A stretch of 64,000 nt of DNA from Candidatus Bathyarchaeota archaeon (GCA_963715865.1 OY970280.1:1760001-1824000); one strand, 5' to 3'. Positions 9,101 to 19,851 are shown, numbered from the stretch's first letter. The notes: generated by a model from the sequence alone, not told the origin. Translations and numbers: made by a program.

Positions 9101-10612
9101 CTACAAGTTTGAATTTTTAAGTCTTGTGTTTAATGGGGGATTTGAAAGAGAGTAAGATTCTACGATGGAATTGAGGGTGCTTTCTGCGTCCGCAAGGTTC
9201 TGTTTCAGTTTAGTTATGTTGGTTTTTGCATGTGCAATGTTTTTCTTTCTTGTGACGATGGATTTTTCAACCTCGACGGGTGAAGGACCACCTAGTACTT
9301 TATATGTTTCGATTAGTTTGTGCGGATTTGTACATTCAACTATGTCCTCTTTTTTAACCGTTAATTTTACGCCAGCTGCTTCCTGAGCTATTTTTTGCAG
9401 CAGTTCAGGTGCCGCATCCAGCAAAGTTTGCTTAGAATCAATTAGTGACTTGACAAGAGCGCCAACTATCTTATGCGAGGTTCGGAAAGCAACATTGTAT
9501 TTTCGCACAAGCACATTAGCAAGCTCGGTTGCGCCCACAAAACCTGCCGCAGCTTTGCCTTCATCGATTGTTGACACTTTCAAATTAGGCATAAGCTTTG
9601 CAAATATGCTCAGTGAGTTGGCTAAATTGTCTATTGAAGCCCAAAGTTTCGGCGTTATCTCTTGGAAATCAAGGTTATAGGTTGATGGCAAACTTTTCAT
9701 GGCAGCAGTCGAAGCCACAAAATCACCCAGCACATGGCTGGCTCTTGCACGGATAACCTCAAGCACTTCTGGGTTCTTTTTTTGTGGCATGATGCTGCTG
9801 GTTGATGTGAAATCGTCAGGTAACTCCACTGTGCCGAACTCTGGCGAACTCCAAATTATCAGGTCTTCGGCTAAGCGGCTCAAATTCACTGCAAGTAAAG
9901 TTAGTGCCGCTTGGGTTTCAAGGATAAAGTCTCGACTGCCAACCGCATCAATCGAATTCTCCAACACCGCGTTGAAGCCTAATAATTCTGCTGTTCTCTT
10001 GCGATTTATTGGGAAACTTGTTGTTGCTAATGCTCCAGAGCCAAGAGGGCAAAGATTAACCCGTTCATAAACGCCCTGAAGTCTTTCCAAGTCACGCCCT
10101 AACCCATCAAAATGCGAAAGCAAGTAGTGGGCAAACGTAACTGGTTGTGCTGGTTGCAGGTGAGTGTATTCCAAAATGACCGTGTCGACGTGTTTGCTGG
10201 CTGTGTCCAAGAGGCTTTCCTGCATCTGAAGCACGTTAAACATCAATTCAACAAGTTCTTTTCTGAGTTGCATGCGGATGGCGGTTGTGACTTGGTCGTT
10301 TCTGCTTTTTGCGATGTGCAGGTTTCCGCCTACTTCTGGTCCTGTTTCGTTTAGGACTGCTTCTTCCACTGCCATGTGAACGTCTTCAGCGGAAGGGTCA
10401 AGCTTAATGCTGGATTGCTTTGAGAGGGCTTTTAGGATTTTTGCTCCGTCTTGCCATTGGATTATTTTCTGTTCCATCAGCATTACAATGTGGGCTTTGT
10501 TGATGTCAACCACAGCCGTGGCTAAGCGAGCGTCATCTTTTATTGAAGAAGTAAATTTAGCCACATCTTCACGCACGGACGACAGTCGTCCGCCATGCAG
10601 TATTTTTGACGT
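9101..10612 (-). CDS. argH: Argininosuccinate lyase (start extended to the ACG at 10612; see findings)
   Basis: SRNDQV and TSSIMPQKKNP signatures. In-frame upstream codons encode SKILHGGRL, which resembles the usual ArgH N-terminus. An in-frame TGA lies at 10619-10621. Confidence 0.95.
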   Translation of the reverse strand, partial: TSKILHGGRLSSVREDVAKFTSSIKDDARLATAVVDINKAHIVMLMEQKIIQWQDGAKILKALSKQSSIKLDPSAEDVHMAVEEAVLNETGPEVGGNLHIAKSRNDQVTTAIRMQLRKELVELMFNVLQMQESLLDTASKHVDTVILEYTHLQPAQPVTFAHYLLSHFDGLGRDLERLQGVYERVNLCPLGSGALATTSFPINRKRTAELLGFNAVLENSIDAVGSRDFILETQAALTLLAVNLSRLAEDLIIWSSPEFGTVELPDDFTSTSSIMPQKKNPEVLEVIRARASHVLGDFVASTAAMKSLPSTYNLDFQEITPKLWASIDNLANSLSIFAKLMPNLKVSTIDEGKAAAGFVGATELANVLVRKYNVAFRTSHKIVGALVKSLIDSKQTLLDAAPELLQKIAQEAAGVKLTVKKEDIVECTNPHKLIETYKVLGGPSPVEVEKSIVTRKKNIAHAKTNITKLKQNLADAESTLNSIVESYSLSNPPLNTRLKNSNL

Positions 10613-10648
10613 TTTCTTTCACTCTCCTGCTTGTTCACCATATATTGC

Positions 10649-11872
10649 TTAGGTTTGCTTAGTTTTTTCAGCTGCTTTTTTGCCTGTCTTTTTTAGAGTA
10701 TTGTACATTCTTGTTTGGAGTCCCCACAATTCAATGAAGCCTTTAGAGTAGGACTGGTTGAACGTGGTTTTGATGTTGTAGTTGGCTAAGTTCTTATCGT
10801 AGAGTGACATTGGCGATGAGCGTCCGACTACTTGCAAGCTGCTCTTGTAGAGTTTAAGTTTGACTTCTCCGTTCACGTTCTCTTGAGACTTGTTGATGAA
10901 AGCGTCAAGGTCATCTTTGAGCGGATCAACCCATAAGCCCGCATAGGCTAAAAATACCCATTGGGCATCGATTTGCTGTTTGAATAGGACTTCATGACGC
11001 GTCATAACCATCTTTTCAAGGTCTTTATGAGCTTCCAAAATGACTGTGGCAGCTGGGCACTCATAAACTTCCCTAGATTTTATGCCTACTAATCGGTCTT
11101 CAATGTGGTCTATGCGCCCTACACCGTGCTTGCCAGCGATTTTATTCATTGTTTCAATAAGTTCGAGCGGTTTCATGTTTTCATTGTTAACGGCTACTGG
11201 CACTCCAGCCTCAAATTTTAAGGTGACCAGTTCTGGCGTGTTTGGCGCTTTTTCAGCTGAAACAGTCCATTCGTAAGCATCTTCGGGCGGCGCTTGGCTT
11301 GCATCTTCGAGCAGTCCGCATTCGATTGCTCTTCCCCAGACGCTTGCGTCTATGCTGTATTTTTTGGCTGCGTTGGAGACTGGGATGCCTTTGGTTTTTG
11401 CGTAAGCGATTTCTTCTTCGCGTGTCATGCCCCACTCGCGTACTGGAGCAATAATTTTTTTGTCTGGTGCTAAGGAGCCAAGGGTAACGTCAAAGCGTAC
11501 TTGGTCGTTGCCTCTACCTGTGCAGCCGTGGGCTAAACCTGTGGCGCCTTCTTTTTCGGCGATTTCAACCATCTTTGATGCGATTAGTGGTCGAGATAGG
11601 CTTGTGCTTATCGGATACTTTCCCTCGTAAAGGGCGTTAGCTTTTATCGCGGGAAAAATGTAGTCTTTTGCAAACTCGTCTTTGGCATCGATTGAAAAAT
11701 GTTTGAGAACGCCGAGTTTTTTGGCTTTCTCCTCAGCGGCTTTCAGGTCTTCTTGTTGGCCAACGTCTACGGTTACGGTTATTACTTGTGCGTTGTATTT
11801 TTCTTGGAGGTACTTGATTAATACGGATGTGTCCAATCCGCCTGAGTACGCTAGCACGATTTTTTCGGTTAT
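10649..11872 (-). CDS. argG: Argininosuccinate synthase (start extended to the ATA at 11872; see findings)
   Basis: LAYSGGLDTS, HGCTGRGNDQVRF and GIKSREVYECP motifs. In-frame upstream codons ATA ACC GAA AAA ATC complete (M)TEKIVLAYSGG. Confidence 0.96.
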   Translation of the reverse strand: MTEKIVLAYSGGLDTSVLIKYLQEKYNAQVITVTVDVGQQEDLKAAEEKAKKLGVLKHFSIDAKDEFAKDYIFPAIKANALYEGKYPISTSLSRPLIASKMVEIAEKEGATGLAHGCTGRGNDQVRFDVTLGSLAPDKKIIAPVREWGMTREEEIAYAKTKGIPVSNAAKKYSIDASVWGRAIECGLLEDASQAPPEDAYEWTVSAEKAPNTPELVTLKFEAGVPVAVNNENMKPLELIETMNKIAGKHGVGRIDHIEDRLVGIKSREVYECPAATVILEAHKDLEKMVMTRHEVLFKQQIDAQWVFLAYAGLWVDPLKDDLDAFINKSQENVNGEVKLKLYKSSLQVVGRSSPMSLYDKNLANYNIKTTFNQSYSKGFIELWGLQTRMYNTLKKTGKKAAEKTKQT

Positions 11873-11999
11873 TTTTTTTGCTCCCCCATTTTTTGATTCG
11901 AATTATTCCCCTAACCTTCAATGCTGTATTTTTAAAGGTTGTGACTTTTTTGTTACTTAATAAAATTTAAATGTCCCATTTGATACATTCAGTGTCATT

Positions 12000-12578
12000 A
12001 TGACTATAGCTCAAAACGTGAGAAACCACCTGCGAAACAAACCATACCTACTAGAAGCCCTGGAAAAAGGCATAGTAAACCTAAGCGAGCTGTCAAGACA
12101 AATACAGAAAGAATTGAAAACCGATGACACAAGCGCCATAAAAGCCGCATTACGCCGTTATTCAGAAGAACTGCAAAAACACAAGCAGAAAAGAGAAGAA
12201 AAAGTCCTCCAACTCCTGAAACGCAGCGGCATAGCAGTTTATGACCGAAAATCCGTCATGATAACAGGCAAAGAAATTACCTCAAAAAATGGTATGAAAG
12301 TTGATTTACTAGGCAAATTCGTTTACCTACTCGACAGAAGCGATTTACCTGAACGCATAAACGCCCTCGTCAAACATGACAACTGCACAATGATTGTTAT
12401 TCATTCACCCGAGGAACTGGAGGCAACGCCGGGAGTTGTCGCATTCCTAGCAACGATACTGGCAGAGCAGAACGTGAACATTATTGAGTTCATTTCATGC
12501 TGGACTGAAACTATTATTGTGGTTGAGAAAAAAGACAGCCTAAAAACCTATGAAATTTTGTCCAACATGGTGGGCTAA
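12000..12578 (+). CDS. ACT-domain protein, putative amino-acid metabolism regulator
   Basis: N-terminal helical/HTH-like segment (GIVNLSELSRQI) and a C-terminal ACT-like fold (TPGVVAFL...EQNVNIIEFISCWTET). Divergent from argG and upstream of thrB. Confidence 0.75.
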   Translation: MTIAQNVRNHLRNKPYLLEALEKGIVNLSELSRQIQKELKTDDTSAIKAALRRYSEELQKHKQKREEKVLQLLKRSGIAVYDRKSVMITGKEITSKNGMKVDLLGKFVYLLDRSDLPERINALVKHDNCTMIVIHSPEELEATPGVVAFLATILAEQNVNIIEFISCWTETIIVVEKKDSLKTYEILSNMVG

Positions 12579-12660
12579 AATGCAACAAAACAGTTTCAAA
12601 CGAAACAACAATGTTAATAATTTCACAATCCATAACTTGGGCTAAAGTAGAAGTGACAAG

Positions 12661-13611
12661 ATGCCCCTAAAACAAGTAACAATCAAGTCGCCTGCAACAA
12701 GCGCTAATCTTGGGCCAGGCTTTGACGTTTTCGGCTTAGCATTAGAGCAACCCAGGGATAAAGTAACGATACAGGCTATTCTTGACGGGGTAAAAATACA
12801 AGTCACTGGACTCTCAGCACAAACAATATCCACCATACCAGAAAAGAACACCGCTGGCATAGTAGCTAACCAAATCATAAAGGAATTCTCAATTAAAACA
12901 GGGTTAAACCTAAAAATTGAAAAAGGCATAAAGCCCGGAGCAGGTTTAGGAAGCAGTGCAGCTTCCGCGGCTGCGGTGGCTTACGGTTTAAACTGCCTAT
13001 TCAACCTCGGCTTAAGTAACACTGAGTTGATTCGGTTTGCTGCCAAGGGCGAATTAGCCTCTGCTGGTTTTGAGCATGCGGATAATGTTTCGGCAGCTAT
13101 TTACGGAAACTTTGTAATAATCAAATCTTATAACCCCTTATCTGTAGTTAACTTGGAGTGCCCAAAAAACATGGAGATCTGCGTTGCTTTGCCACACATT
13201 ATTATTCCAGCAGACAAAACGAGAAAGGCTCGGTTGATAGTTCCAAAAATGGTTCCAATAGACAAGCACATTTACAATGTTGGAAGGGCTGCGGCCATGG
13301 CTAGCGGCTTTGCCAATGGCGATGTAGACTTAATCGGAGAATCCATGTCAGATGCTGTTGTGGAGCCAACACGAGCAGCTTTTATTCCTGGTTACCATCA
13401 AGTAAAAGAGAACGCGTATAAAGCAGGCGCATGTGGAGTAGCCATTAGCGGTGCTGGACCAGCCATGATAGCTATAGTTAACAAGAAAACCGTTGACTCA
13501 GCCAAAGTTGCCCACGCAATGCAGGAAGGGTTCAAATCAGCAGGCATTGACTCAACGGCTTTCGTTACTAAACCGGGAAAAGGCGCTTGCCTATTGGAGA
13601 TGAAACAATGA
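12661..13611 (+). CDS. thrB: Homoserine kinase
   Basis: PATSANLGPGFDV, GHMP motif GAGLGSSAAS, HADNV and SGAGP. Confidence 0.97.
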   Translation: MPLKQVTIKSPATSANLGPGFDVFGLALEQPRDKVTIQAILDGVKIQVTGLSAQTISTIPEKNTAGIVANQIIKEFSIKTGLNLKIEKGIKPGAGLGSSAASAAAVAYGLNCLFNLGLSNTELIRFAAKGELASAGFEHADNVSAAIYGNFVIIKSYNPLSVVNLECPKNMEICVALPHIIIPADKTRKARLIVPKMVPIDKHIYNVGRAAAMASGFANGDVDLIGESMSDAVVEPTRAAFIPGYHQVKENAYKAGACGVAISGAGPAMIAIVNKKTVDSAKVAHAMQEGFKSAGIDSTAFVTKPGKGACLLEMKQ

Positions 13612-14858
13612 CACATCAAGAATGCATAAACTGCAAAACAAAATACGACATAGATGAGATTGTTTATTTCTGCAAGAAATGCGGAGACATACTAGAAATA
13701 AAATTTGACTTCAAAAAGTTAGCGGAAACCCTCAAAGGCAGCGACTGGAAAAAAACACCCTTGTCCGTTTGGCGATACCGCGACTTCATGCCCATCCACG
13801 AAGCCGCACACATAGTCACCCTAAACGAAGGCGGCACGGGTCTGCACCGTTCCCAACGCTTAGGCGACAAATTAGGACTAAAGCAACTGTACGTTAAGAA
13901 CGAGGGAGAAAACCCTACAGGCAGCTTCAAAGACCGCGGCATGACCGTCGGTGTCACAAAAGCAGTTGAGCTCGGTGCAAGGCATGTTATCTGCGCTTCA
14001 ACAGGCAACACTTCCGCGAGTTTAGCCGCTTATGCTGCAAGGGCTGGGTTGAAATGCACAGTTCTTATTCCCTCTGGCAAGATTGCTTATGGAAAACTGG
14101 CGCAAGCCATGATTCACGGCGCCAAAGTTTTGCAGGTCCGAGGCAACTTTGATCAAGCCTTAGAATTCGTTCTTAAACTGGCTGAGAAGCACAGGAACAT
14201 TTACCTTCTTAACTCGATTAATCCCTTCCGTATCGAAGGGCAGAAATCCTTAGGCTATGAAATCTGCGAGCAACTAAACAATGAGGCACCTGATAGAATT
14301 ATCGTGCCTGTTGGAAACGCTGGGAACATAAGCGCTATCTGGAAAGGCTTAACCGAATTCTACAAACTTGGCTTCATAAAAACACTGCCCAAAATGACGG
14401 GGATACAAGCTGCTGGCTCCGCGCCCATAGCGCAGGCAATCAAAACTAACAGCAACAACATAATTCCAGTAGAAAAGCCCGAAACGGTCGCCACAGCCAT
14501 CCGAATCGGCGCTCCAGTAAGCTGGAAGAAAGCTGTAAACGCCATTCGCGAATCGCATGGAACAGCTGAAACCGTGACTGACGAGGAAATCTTGGACGCA
14601 CAGAAAACCCTTGCCAGAATTGAGGGCATTTTCGTGGAACCCGCAAGCGCCTCATCCATCGCTGGCTTAAGGAAACTTGTAAACAACGGTGTTATCGGCA
14701 AGGATGAGCGTGTTGTCTGTGTTACCACTGGGCATGGGCTCAAGGACCCTGATACGGCAATTAAGCAGAGTGAGAAACCAATTGAAGTTGACGCTGACAT
14801 TTCAGCCATCGAAAATGCTTTAGGCTTGAAAGAGAAAGTGGCAATCCTAGCAAGGTGA
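13608..14858 (+). CDS. thrC: Threonine synthase
   Basis: NPTGSFKDRG PLP-lysine motif, CASTGNTSAS and PVGNAGN. ATG at 13608 overlaps the thrB stop (ATGA). Confidence 0.97.
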   Translation: MTHQECINCKTKYDIDEIVYFCKKCGDILEIKFDFKKLAETLKGSDWKKTPLSVWRYRDFMPIHEAAHIVTLNEGGTGLHRSQRLGDKLGLKQLYVKNEGENPTGSFKDRGMTVGVTKAVELGARHVICASTGNTSASLAAYAARAGLKCTVLIPSGKIAYGKLAQAMIHGAKVLQVRGNFDQALEFVLKLAEKHRNIYLLNSINPFRIEGQKSLGYEICEQLNNEAPDRIIVPVGNAGNISAIWKGLTEFYKLGFIKTLPKMTGIQAAGSAPIAQAIKTNSNNIIPVEKPETVATAIRIGAPVSWKKAVNAIRESHGTAETVTDEEILDAQKTLARIEGIFVEPASASSIAGLRKLVNNGVIGKDERVVCVTTGHGLKDPDTAIKQSEKPIEVDADISAIENALGLKEKVAILAR

Positions 14859-14866
14859 AATAGAAC

Positions 14867-15901
14867 ATGAGGATAATCTTGGTTGGCTATGGCGTAGTCG
14901 GGAGGGGCGTAGCTACTATTCTTGCTCACCGATATGCAGAGAAGGTTAAGGATTACGGGTTTAACCCAAAAATCGTTGCCATCGCCGATATAGATGGCGC
15001 GTTTATAAACCCAAGAGGTTTAAGCCCTGAAAAGCTGGGAACGCTTCGTTTTCCGATATCAGCGGACCCTGAGTTTGGTCATCCAGGAATATCAGCGTTA
15101 GATGTTATTGAATCGGTTGAAGCAGAAGTGGTCGTTGAAGTTACGCCCGTCAACATCAAAACCGGTGAACCAGCCCTATCGCACATCACTAAAGCGTTCA
15201 AAACAGGAAAACACGTTGTGACAACCAACAAAGGACCATTAGCCTTAGCCATGCCAGCCCTCACAGAACTAGCTGACTATAACAACGTTTTCCTGCGGTT
15301 TAGCGGCACGGTCGGTGGTGGAACCCCCATGCTTGAGTTCGCCAAAAGATGCCTCGCTGGAGACAAAATACTTGCCATACGAGGCATACTAAACGGCACA
15401 ACTAACTACATACTAACTGAAATGTCTCAAAACCGCGTGACCTTCCAAGAAGCGCTAACAAATGCACAGAAGCTCGGTTACGCCGAAACAGAGCCGTCCA
15501 TGGATATTGACGGGTTTGATACCGCCTGCAAAGTAGTCATTCTCGCGAACTGGATTATGAACAAGAAAATAACCTTAAAAGACGTAGATAGAACGGGCAT
15601 TCGCGAAGTGTCTTTGCAAGCACTTGAAGACGCCGCCAAAAAGAACAATACAATCAAGCTTATCGGTTCAATAGACGGCGACAAAGCGACAGTTAAGCCT
15701 ATAGAAATACCGAAAAACAATCCCTTATGCGTCAGTGGAGTCCTAAACGCGATAACTTTCTTTACCGAATATGCTGGCGAAGAAACCCTCATTGGCAGAG
15801 GGGCGGGCGGCATGGAGACCGCCAGTGCAGTTTTAAGGGACCTCTTAGACATAAGACATAAGTTAGCTAACCGACTGCTAAATAATAATTCGGAGTCATA
15901 A
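14867..15901 (+). CDS. hom: Homoserine dehydrogenase
   Basis: GYGVVG, HVVTTNKGP, SGTVGGGTP, GILNGTTNYIL and GAGGMETASAV. Confidence 0.97.
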   Translation: MRIILVGYGVVGRGVATILAHRYAEKVKDYGFNPKIVAIADIDGAFINPRGLSPEKLGTLRFPISADPEFGHPGISALDVIESVEAEVVVEVTPVNIKTGEPALSHITKAFKTGKHVVTTNKGPLALAMPALTELADYNNVFLRFSGTVGGGTPMLEFAKRCLAGDKILAIRGILNGTTNYILTEMSQNRVTFQEALTNAQKLGYAETEPSMDIDGFDTACKVVILANWIMNKKITLKDVDRTGIREVSLQALEDAAKKNNTIKLIGSIDGDKATVKPIEIPKNNPLCVSGVLNAITFFTEYAGEETLIGRGAGGMETASAVLRDLLDIRHKLANRLLNNNSES

Positions 15902-15903
15902 AA

Positions 15904-17310
15904 ATGAAAATCGTCATGAAGTTCGGCGGCACCAGCGTTGGCACAGGCGAAAACATACGCCATGTCGCCGACCTAGTAGCCCAAAACACCAAGAACGCCA
16001 AGGTCGCAGTGGTTGTTTCAGCGTTGGCAGGAGTAACTAACAGTCTAATTGAAGTTGCTGAGCAAGCAAAGAAAAGCGATGAAAAGCACATTCAAGCGTT
16101 CACAAAAGAGCTGTTGGATAAGCATTTGGCAACGGTTTCAACGGCTATTACCAGTAAGCATGTTCAAAAGGAAGTAACGCAAATCACCGAGAAGACCATC
16201 GCTGAGCTAGAGAAGGTTCTCACAGGCATATGTTATGTTGGTGAGCTTACGCCGAAATCTAAAGATTACGTTTTATCCTTTGGCGAACGGTTATCTGCGC
16301 CCATCGTTTGGGGCGCCATAAAAGACCTCAAGTTCGAAACGCAATGCTTTACAGGCAAAGAAGCAGGCATAGTCACCGACTCAAACTTCGGTGAAGCCGA
16401 CGCGCTCATGAACTTCACCACTCACCTCATCCGCGAACGGCTAGAACCACTATACGAAAAAGGCATAATCCCAGTAGTAACAGGTTTTATAGCGGCAAAC
16501 CAAGATGGCGTCGTAACTACCGTTGGTCGCGGCGGCTCAGACTATACTGCCACCATTCTTGGCGTAGCTTTGCAGGTTGATGAGGTCTGGATATGGACTG
16601 ATGTTGACGGTATAATGACCACCGACCCCAAAATCGTCCCGTCCGCACGAATGTTGCCGCAGCTCAGTTATCAGGAAGCAGCTGAAATGGCGATTTTCGG
16701 TGCAAAAGCCATGCACCCGCGTGCTTTAGAACCAGTAATCAAAGAAAACATCCCCGTTAGGATACGCAACGTTTTCAATCCTGACAACCCTGGCACATTA
16801 ATAACCAAAGAACCCTTCGCTAAAGCAACAGAAGTTGTTAAAGCTGTAGCCATGATAAAGGACGTTGCCATGTTAAACGTTAGCGGCGCAGGAATGGTTG
16901 GTGCGCCTGGAAGTTACGCTAAAGTGTTTGATGTACTGGGCAAAAACAACATTAACGTTATGATGATTTCCACGGCTGTTTCGGAAGCCAACATTTCAAT
17001 GATTATTCGGCGTGGTCTTTTGGGCAGGGCTATTAGCAACCTTGAAATTGCACTCTTAGACAGAAGCGGCTTAGTCAGCGAAGTTTCAACTGAAGACGAT
17101 GTTGCCGTAATAGCTGTAATGGGCGCCAACATGAAAGGAACCTTAGGTGTAGCGTCAAGAATATTCACGACTGTCGCCCGAAAGGGCATCAACATTCGCA
17201 TGATTGCTCAAGGCTCATCTGAACTAAACATCTCGTTCGTTGTCAAAGAGAAAGATGGGGAAGCTGTAGTGCGAGCTATCCACGAAGAATTCAATTTAGA
17301 CAAGATTTAA
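15904..17310 (+). CDS. lysC: Aspartate kinase (two ACT domains)
   Basis: MKFGGTSV, SFGERLS, GRGGSDYTA and WTDVDG, with a C-terminal ACT pair. Confidence 0.97.
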   Translation: MKIVMKFGGTSVGTGENIRHVADLVAQNTKNAKVAVVVSALAGVTNSLIEVAEQAKKSDEKHIQAFTKELLDKHLATVSTAITSKHVQKEVTQITEKTIAELEKVLTGICYVGELTPKSKDYVLSFGERLSAPIVWGAIKDLKFETQCFTGKEAGIVTDSNFGEADALMNFTTHLIRERLEPLYEKGIIPVVTGFIAANQDGVVTTVGRGGSDYTATILGVALQVDEVWIWTDVDGIMTTDPKIVPSARMLPQLSYQEAAEMAIFGAKAMHPRALEPVIKENIPVRIRNVFNPDNPGTLITKEPFAKATEVVKAVAMIKDVAMLNVSGAGMVGAPGSYAKVFDVLGKNNINVMMISTAVSEANISMIIRRGLLGRAISNLEIALLDRSGLVSEVSTEDDVAVIAVMGANMKGTLGVASRIFTTVARKGINIRMIAQGSSELNISFVVKEKDGEAVVRAIHEEFNLDKI

Positions 17311-17691
17311 CGGTTTCAGGTATTTTCTAAGAAATTCGAAGCTTTCAGCTTGGAAAAGGTGGCTCGTGCAGCGGCAGTCGGAGCATCCGAAGCCGGTGAT
17401 TGGCGTGCTGTTTTGCGCAAGTAGATTGGCGATGTGGCATTCTTCCGTTTTGCACCCCGGCTTATAGTAGACGTTGATTATTTTTGCGGCTTTGTTGTTT
17501 AGCAGGTAGTCGATGTGCCAGAACAGGCGTTTCTCTTTCCTAAGGTGCCTCGCTACTCTAAGCGCTATGTTGTTTTGTGCAGAACCAACGTAAGCGTACA
17601 AGCCCGCGGGGAAAGTTATCTCGCCTAAGGCGCCGATCTTGCAGCGTATGCGCTTGTTTATTTGGATTATTAGGACGTAGGTGCCTTTCAA
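17296..17691 (-). CDS. DUF123 / GIY-YIG (Uri superfamily) protein
   Basis: KGTYVL, YAYVGSA, WHIDYL and GFGCSDCRCTSHL motifs. Confidence 0.85.
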   Translation of the reverse strand: MKGTYVLIIQINKRIRCKIGALGEITFPAGLYAYVGSAQNNIALRVARHLRKEKRLFWHIDYLLNNKAAKIINVYYKPGCKTEECHIANLLAQNSTPITGFGCSDCRCTSHLFQAESFEFLRKYLKPLNLV

Positions 17692-17787
17692 TGGTTTTCG
17701 CCTTTCTTATGTTATGTAAGCTGGGTAACGTTAGATTTGGTTGATCGCGTAAAAGTTTTGTTCAAACAATCGCTCTATTGGCAATCT

Positions 17788-19851
17788 CTAATTGTGGTCT
17801 TTTAGTTGGAGTTGGTCAAGCATCACCAGGGGGCTGTTGGTGGGCGGGAGGCATGTTTGGTTTTGGCAGACGTATGCGGTTGCTTTGCCTTCGATTTGCT
17901 GGTAGCCTAAGCCGGCTTTGCTTGGATGCTTAAGGGCAATAACCGTTGATGGTAGATAATGCTTCCTTATGGCGTTCAGCATGTCGGATGTGTCTTTTTC
18001 CTTTAAGTCGCCGACTACTGTCACGCTGTAGGATGGACCGATTAGAAAGCCGAGTGTGGAAAGGAAGAAAGTGAACGCTTCTGGCGCGCCTTCTATTTCT
18101 TGTGCGAATGTTTTGGTCATTTGGGTTGCCATCGTGTCGTATGTGGGTTCGTTGGTTAAGCGGCTGAGCCACAGTAAATCGTGTAGTGCTACCGAGTTGC
18201 CTGATGGTATCGCGCCGTCGTAGAGCTGCTTCATTCTTGGCATGGTGGCATCTCCGTTTTTCTGCGTTTGGTAGAACCCTCCGTTTTTGTCGTCCCAAAA
18301 CTTGGTTACCATGGTCTTCGTTAAATCAGTGGCAGCTTGAAGGTACTTGTCCTCGAATGACGCCTCGTAAAGCTCGATTAGTCCATACACGAAGAAAGCG
18401 TAGTCGTCCAAGAAACCTTCCACGGCTCTTTCGCCCTTTGCGTAACGGTGATAGAGCACGCCATCTTCGCGCATGTAGTCTAGGATGAAGTCGGCAGTTT
18501 TCATGGCGGTTTCAAGATATTTCGGTTCATTGAGAACGGTGCCTGTTTTGGCTAAGGCTGCGATCATTAAGCCGTTCCAGTCAGTTAAGATTTTATCATC
18601 TGTTGCGGGGGGTAAGCGTTTTTTTCTTGCTTCAAAGAGTGCGTCTCTTATGTTGTGCACGCGGGCGATAAGCTCTTCAAATGTTAAGCCTTTGTATGGT
18701 GCAAGTTCCTCTAGGGATTCGGCGATGCGGAGTATGTTTTTGCCTGAGCCGTCAGGAAAGTTGCCTTGTGGCTTTAACCCGAATATATGAACTGCTAAAT
18801 CGGCGTCGGCAGGAGGCAGCGTGTCGAGCACTTCGTCCATGGTCCAGAGGTAGAATTTGCCTTCTTCGCCTTCTATGTCGGCGTCTTGAGCTGAGTAAAA
18901 ACCTCCTTGTGGCGATGCTAAATCTCTTAGGGCGTAATCTATAATTTCTTTGGCTGCAAGCACGTATCTTTTGGTGCCTGTTGCCTGAAAAGCTTCCGTA
19001 TAGGCTAATGCCATCAGTGCTTGGTCGTAGAGCATTTTTTCGAAGTGCGGAACCAACCATTCTGCGTCAGTGCTGTATCGGTGAAAGCCGAAGCCTAACT
19101 GGTCGTAAATGCCTCCAAGCCGCATCTGCGTTAGCGTTTTTTCCACCATTGCCAGGGCGTTTTTTTCGCCTGTTCGCGCATAGTATCGGAGGAGGAATAG
19201 GAGGTTGTGGGGTCTTGGGAATTTGGGTGCTGTGCCGAAGCCGCCGTTTTTGTCGTCAAACTCCAGCGTTAAACGGTCGTAAGCGTCTTGCAAGACTTCT
19301 TTGCCGAGTTCTTTTTGGGGTGTTCTTTTTTCCATGGTTTCTATGCGGCTCTTGATGTCGGCGCCCACCATTTCCAGCTGTGCCCTCTGCCCTTTCCATA
19401 TTTGCATAACCTGCGGAACCAGATCCAACATGCCTATCAAGCCAGGTCTGCTGTGTTTTGGTATGTAGCTGGCGGCATAAAACGGGTTAAGCCGTTGCGT
19501 CATGAGTATGTTGAGTGGCCAGCCGCAGTTTCTTCCCATGGCTTGGCAAACTGCCATGTACTGGGCGTCTAAGTCGGGCCTTTCTTCACGATCAACTTTA
19601 ATGCAGACAAACGCCTGATTAAGCAGGTTGGCGACTTCTTGGTCGCTGAAGCATTCCGCTTCCATGACGTGACACCAGTGGCAACTGGCGTAGCCTATGC
19701 TCAGGAAAACTGGTTTGTTTTCAGCTTTCGCTCTATCGAAGGCTTCTTGGTTCCAAGGGTACCAGTCTACTGGGTTGTAGGCGTGCTGGAGAAGGTAAGG
19801 GCTTTTTTCATTTATCAGCCTGTTAGGCTTCTTTTCTTGATTTGGCTGCAA
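17788..19851 (-). CDS. Thioredoxin-like + six-hairpin glycosidase domain protein (YyaL/SSP411, DUF255)
   Basis: [41 protein letters not shown] and [10 protein letters not shown]. Confidence 0.93.
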   Translation of the reverse strand: MQPNQEKKPNRLINEKSPYLLQHAYNPVDWYPWNQEAFDRAKAENKPVFLSIGYASCHWCHVMEAECFSDQEVANLLNQAFVCIKVDREERPDLDAQYMAVCQAMGRNCGWPLNILMTQRLNPFYAASYIPKHSRPGLIGMLDLVPQVMQIWKGQRAQLEMVGADIKSRIETMEKRTPQKELGKEVLQDAYDRLTLEFDDKNGGFGTAPKFPRPHNLLFLLRYYARTGEKNALAMVEKTLTQMRLGGIYDQLGFGFHRYSTDAEWLVPHFEKMLYDQALMALAYTEAFQATGTKRYVLAAKEIIDYALRDLASPQGGFYSAQDADIEGEEGKFYLWTMDEVLDTLPPADADLAVHIFGLKPQGNFPDGSGKNILRIAESLEELAPYKGLTFEELIARVHNIRDALFEARKKRLPPATDDKILTDWNGLMIAALAKTGTVLNEPKYLETAMKTADFILDYMREDGVLYHRYAKGERAVEGFLDDYAFFVYGLIELYEASFEDKYLQAATDLTKTMVTKFWDDKNGGFYQTQKNGDATMPRMKQLYDGAIPSGNSVALHDLLWLSRLTNEPTYDTMATQMTKTFAQEIEGAPEAFTFFLSTLGFLIGPSYSVTVVGDLKEKDTSDMLNAIRKHYLPSTVIALKHPSKAGLGYQQIEGKATAYVCQNQTCLPPTNSPLVMLDQLQLKDHN

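Noticed and set aside
11733-11921. Arg-rich 62-aa ORF overlapping the argG start as an arginine-sensing leader
   Set aside because: Most Arg codons fall inside the argG coding region as a shifted-frame by-product, it has no RBS, and the geometry does not fit attenuation.
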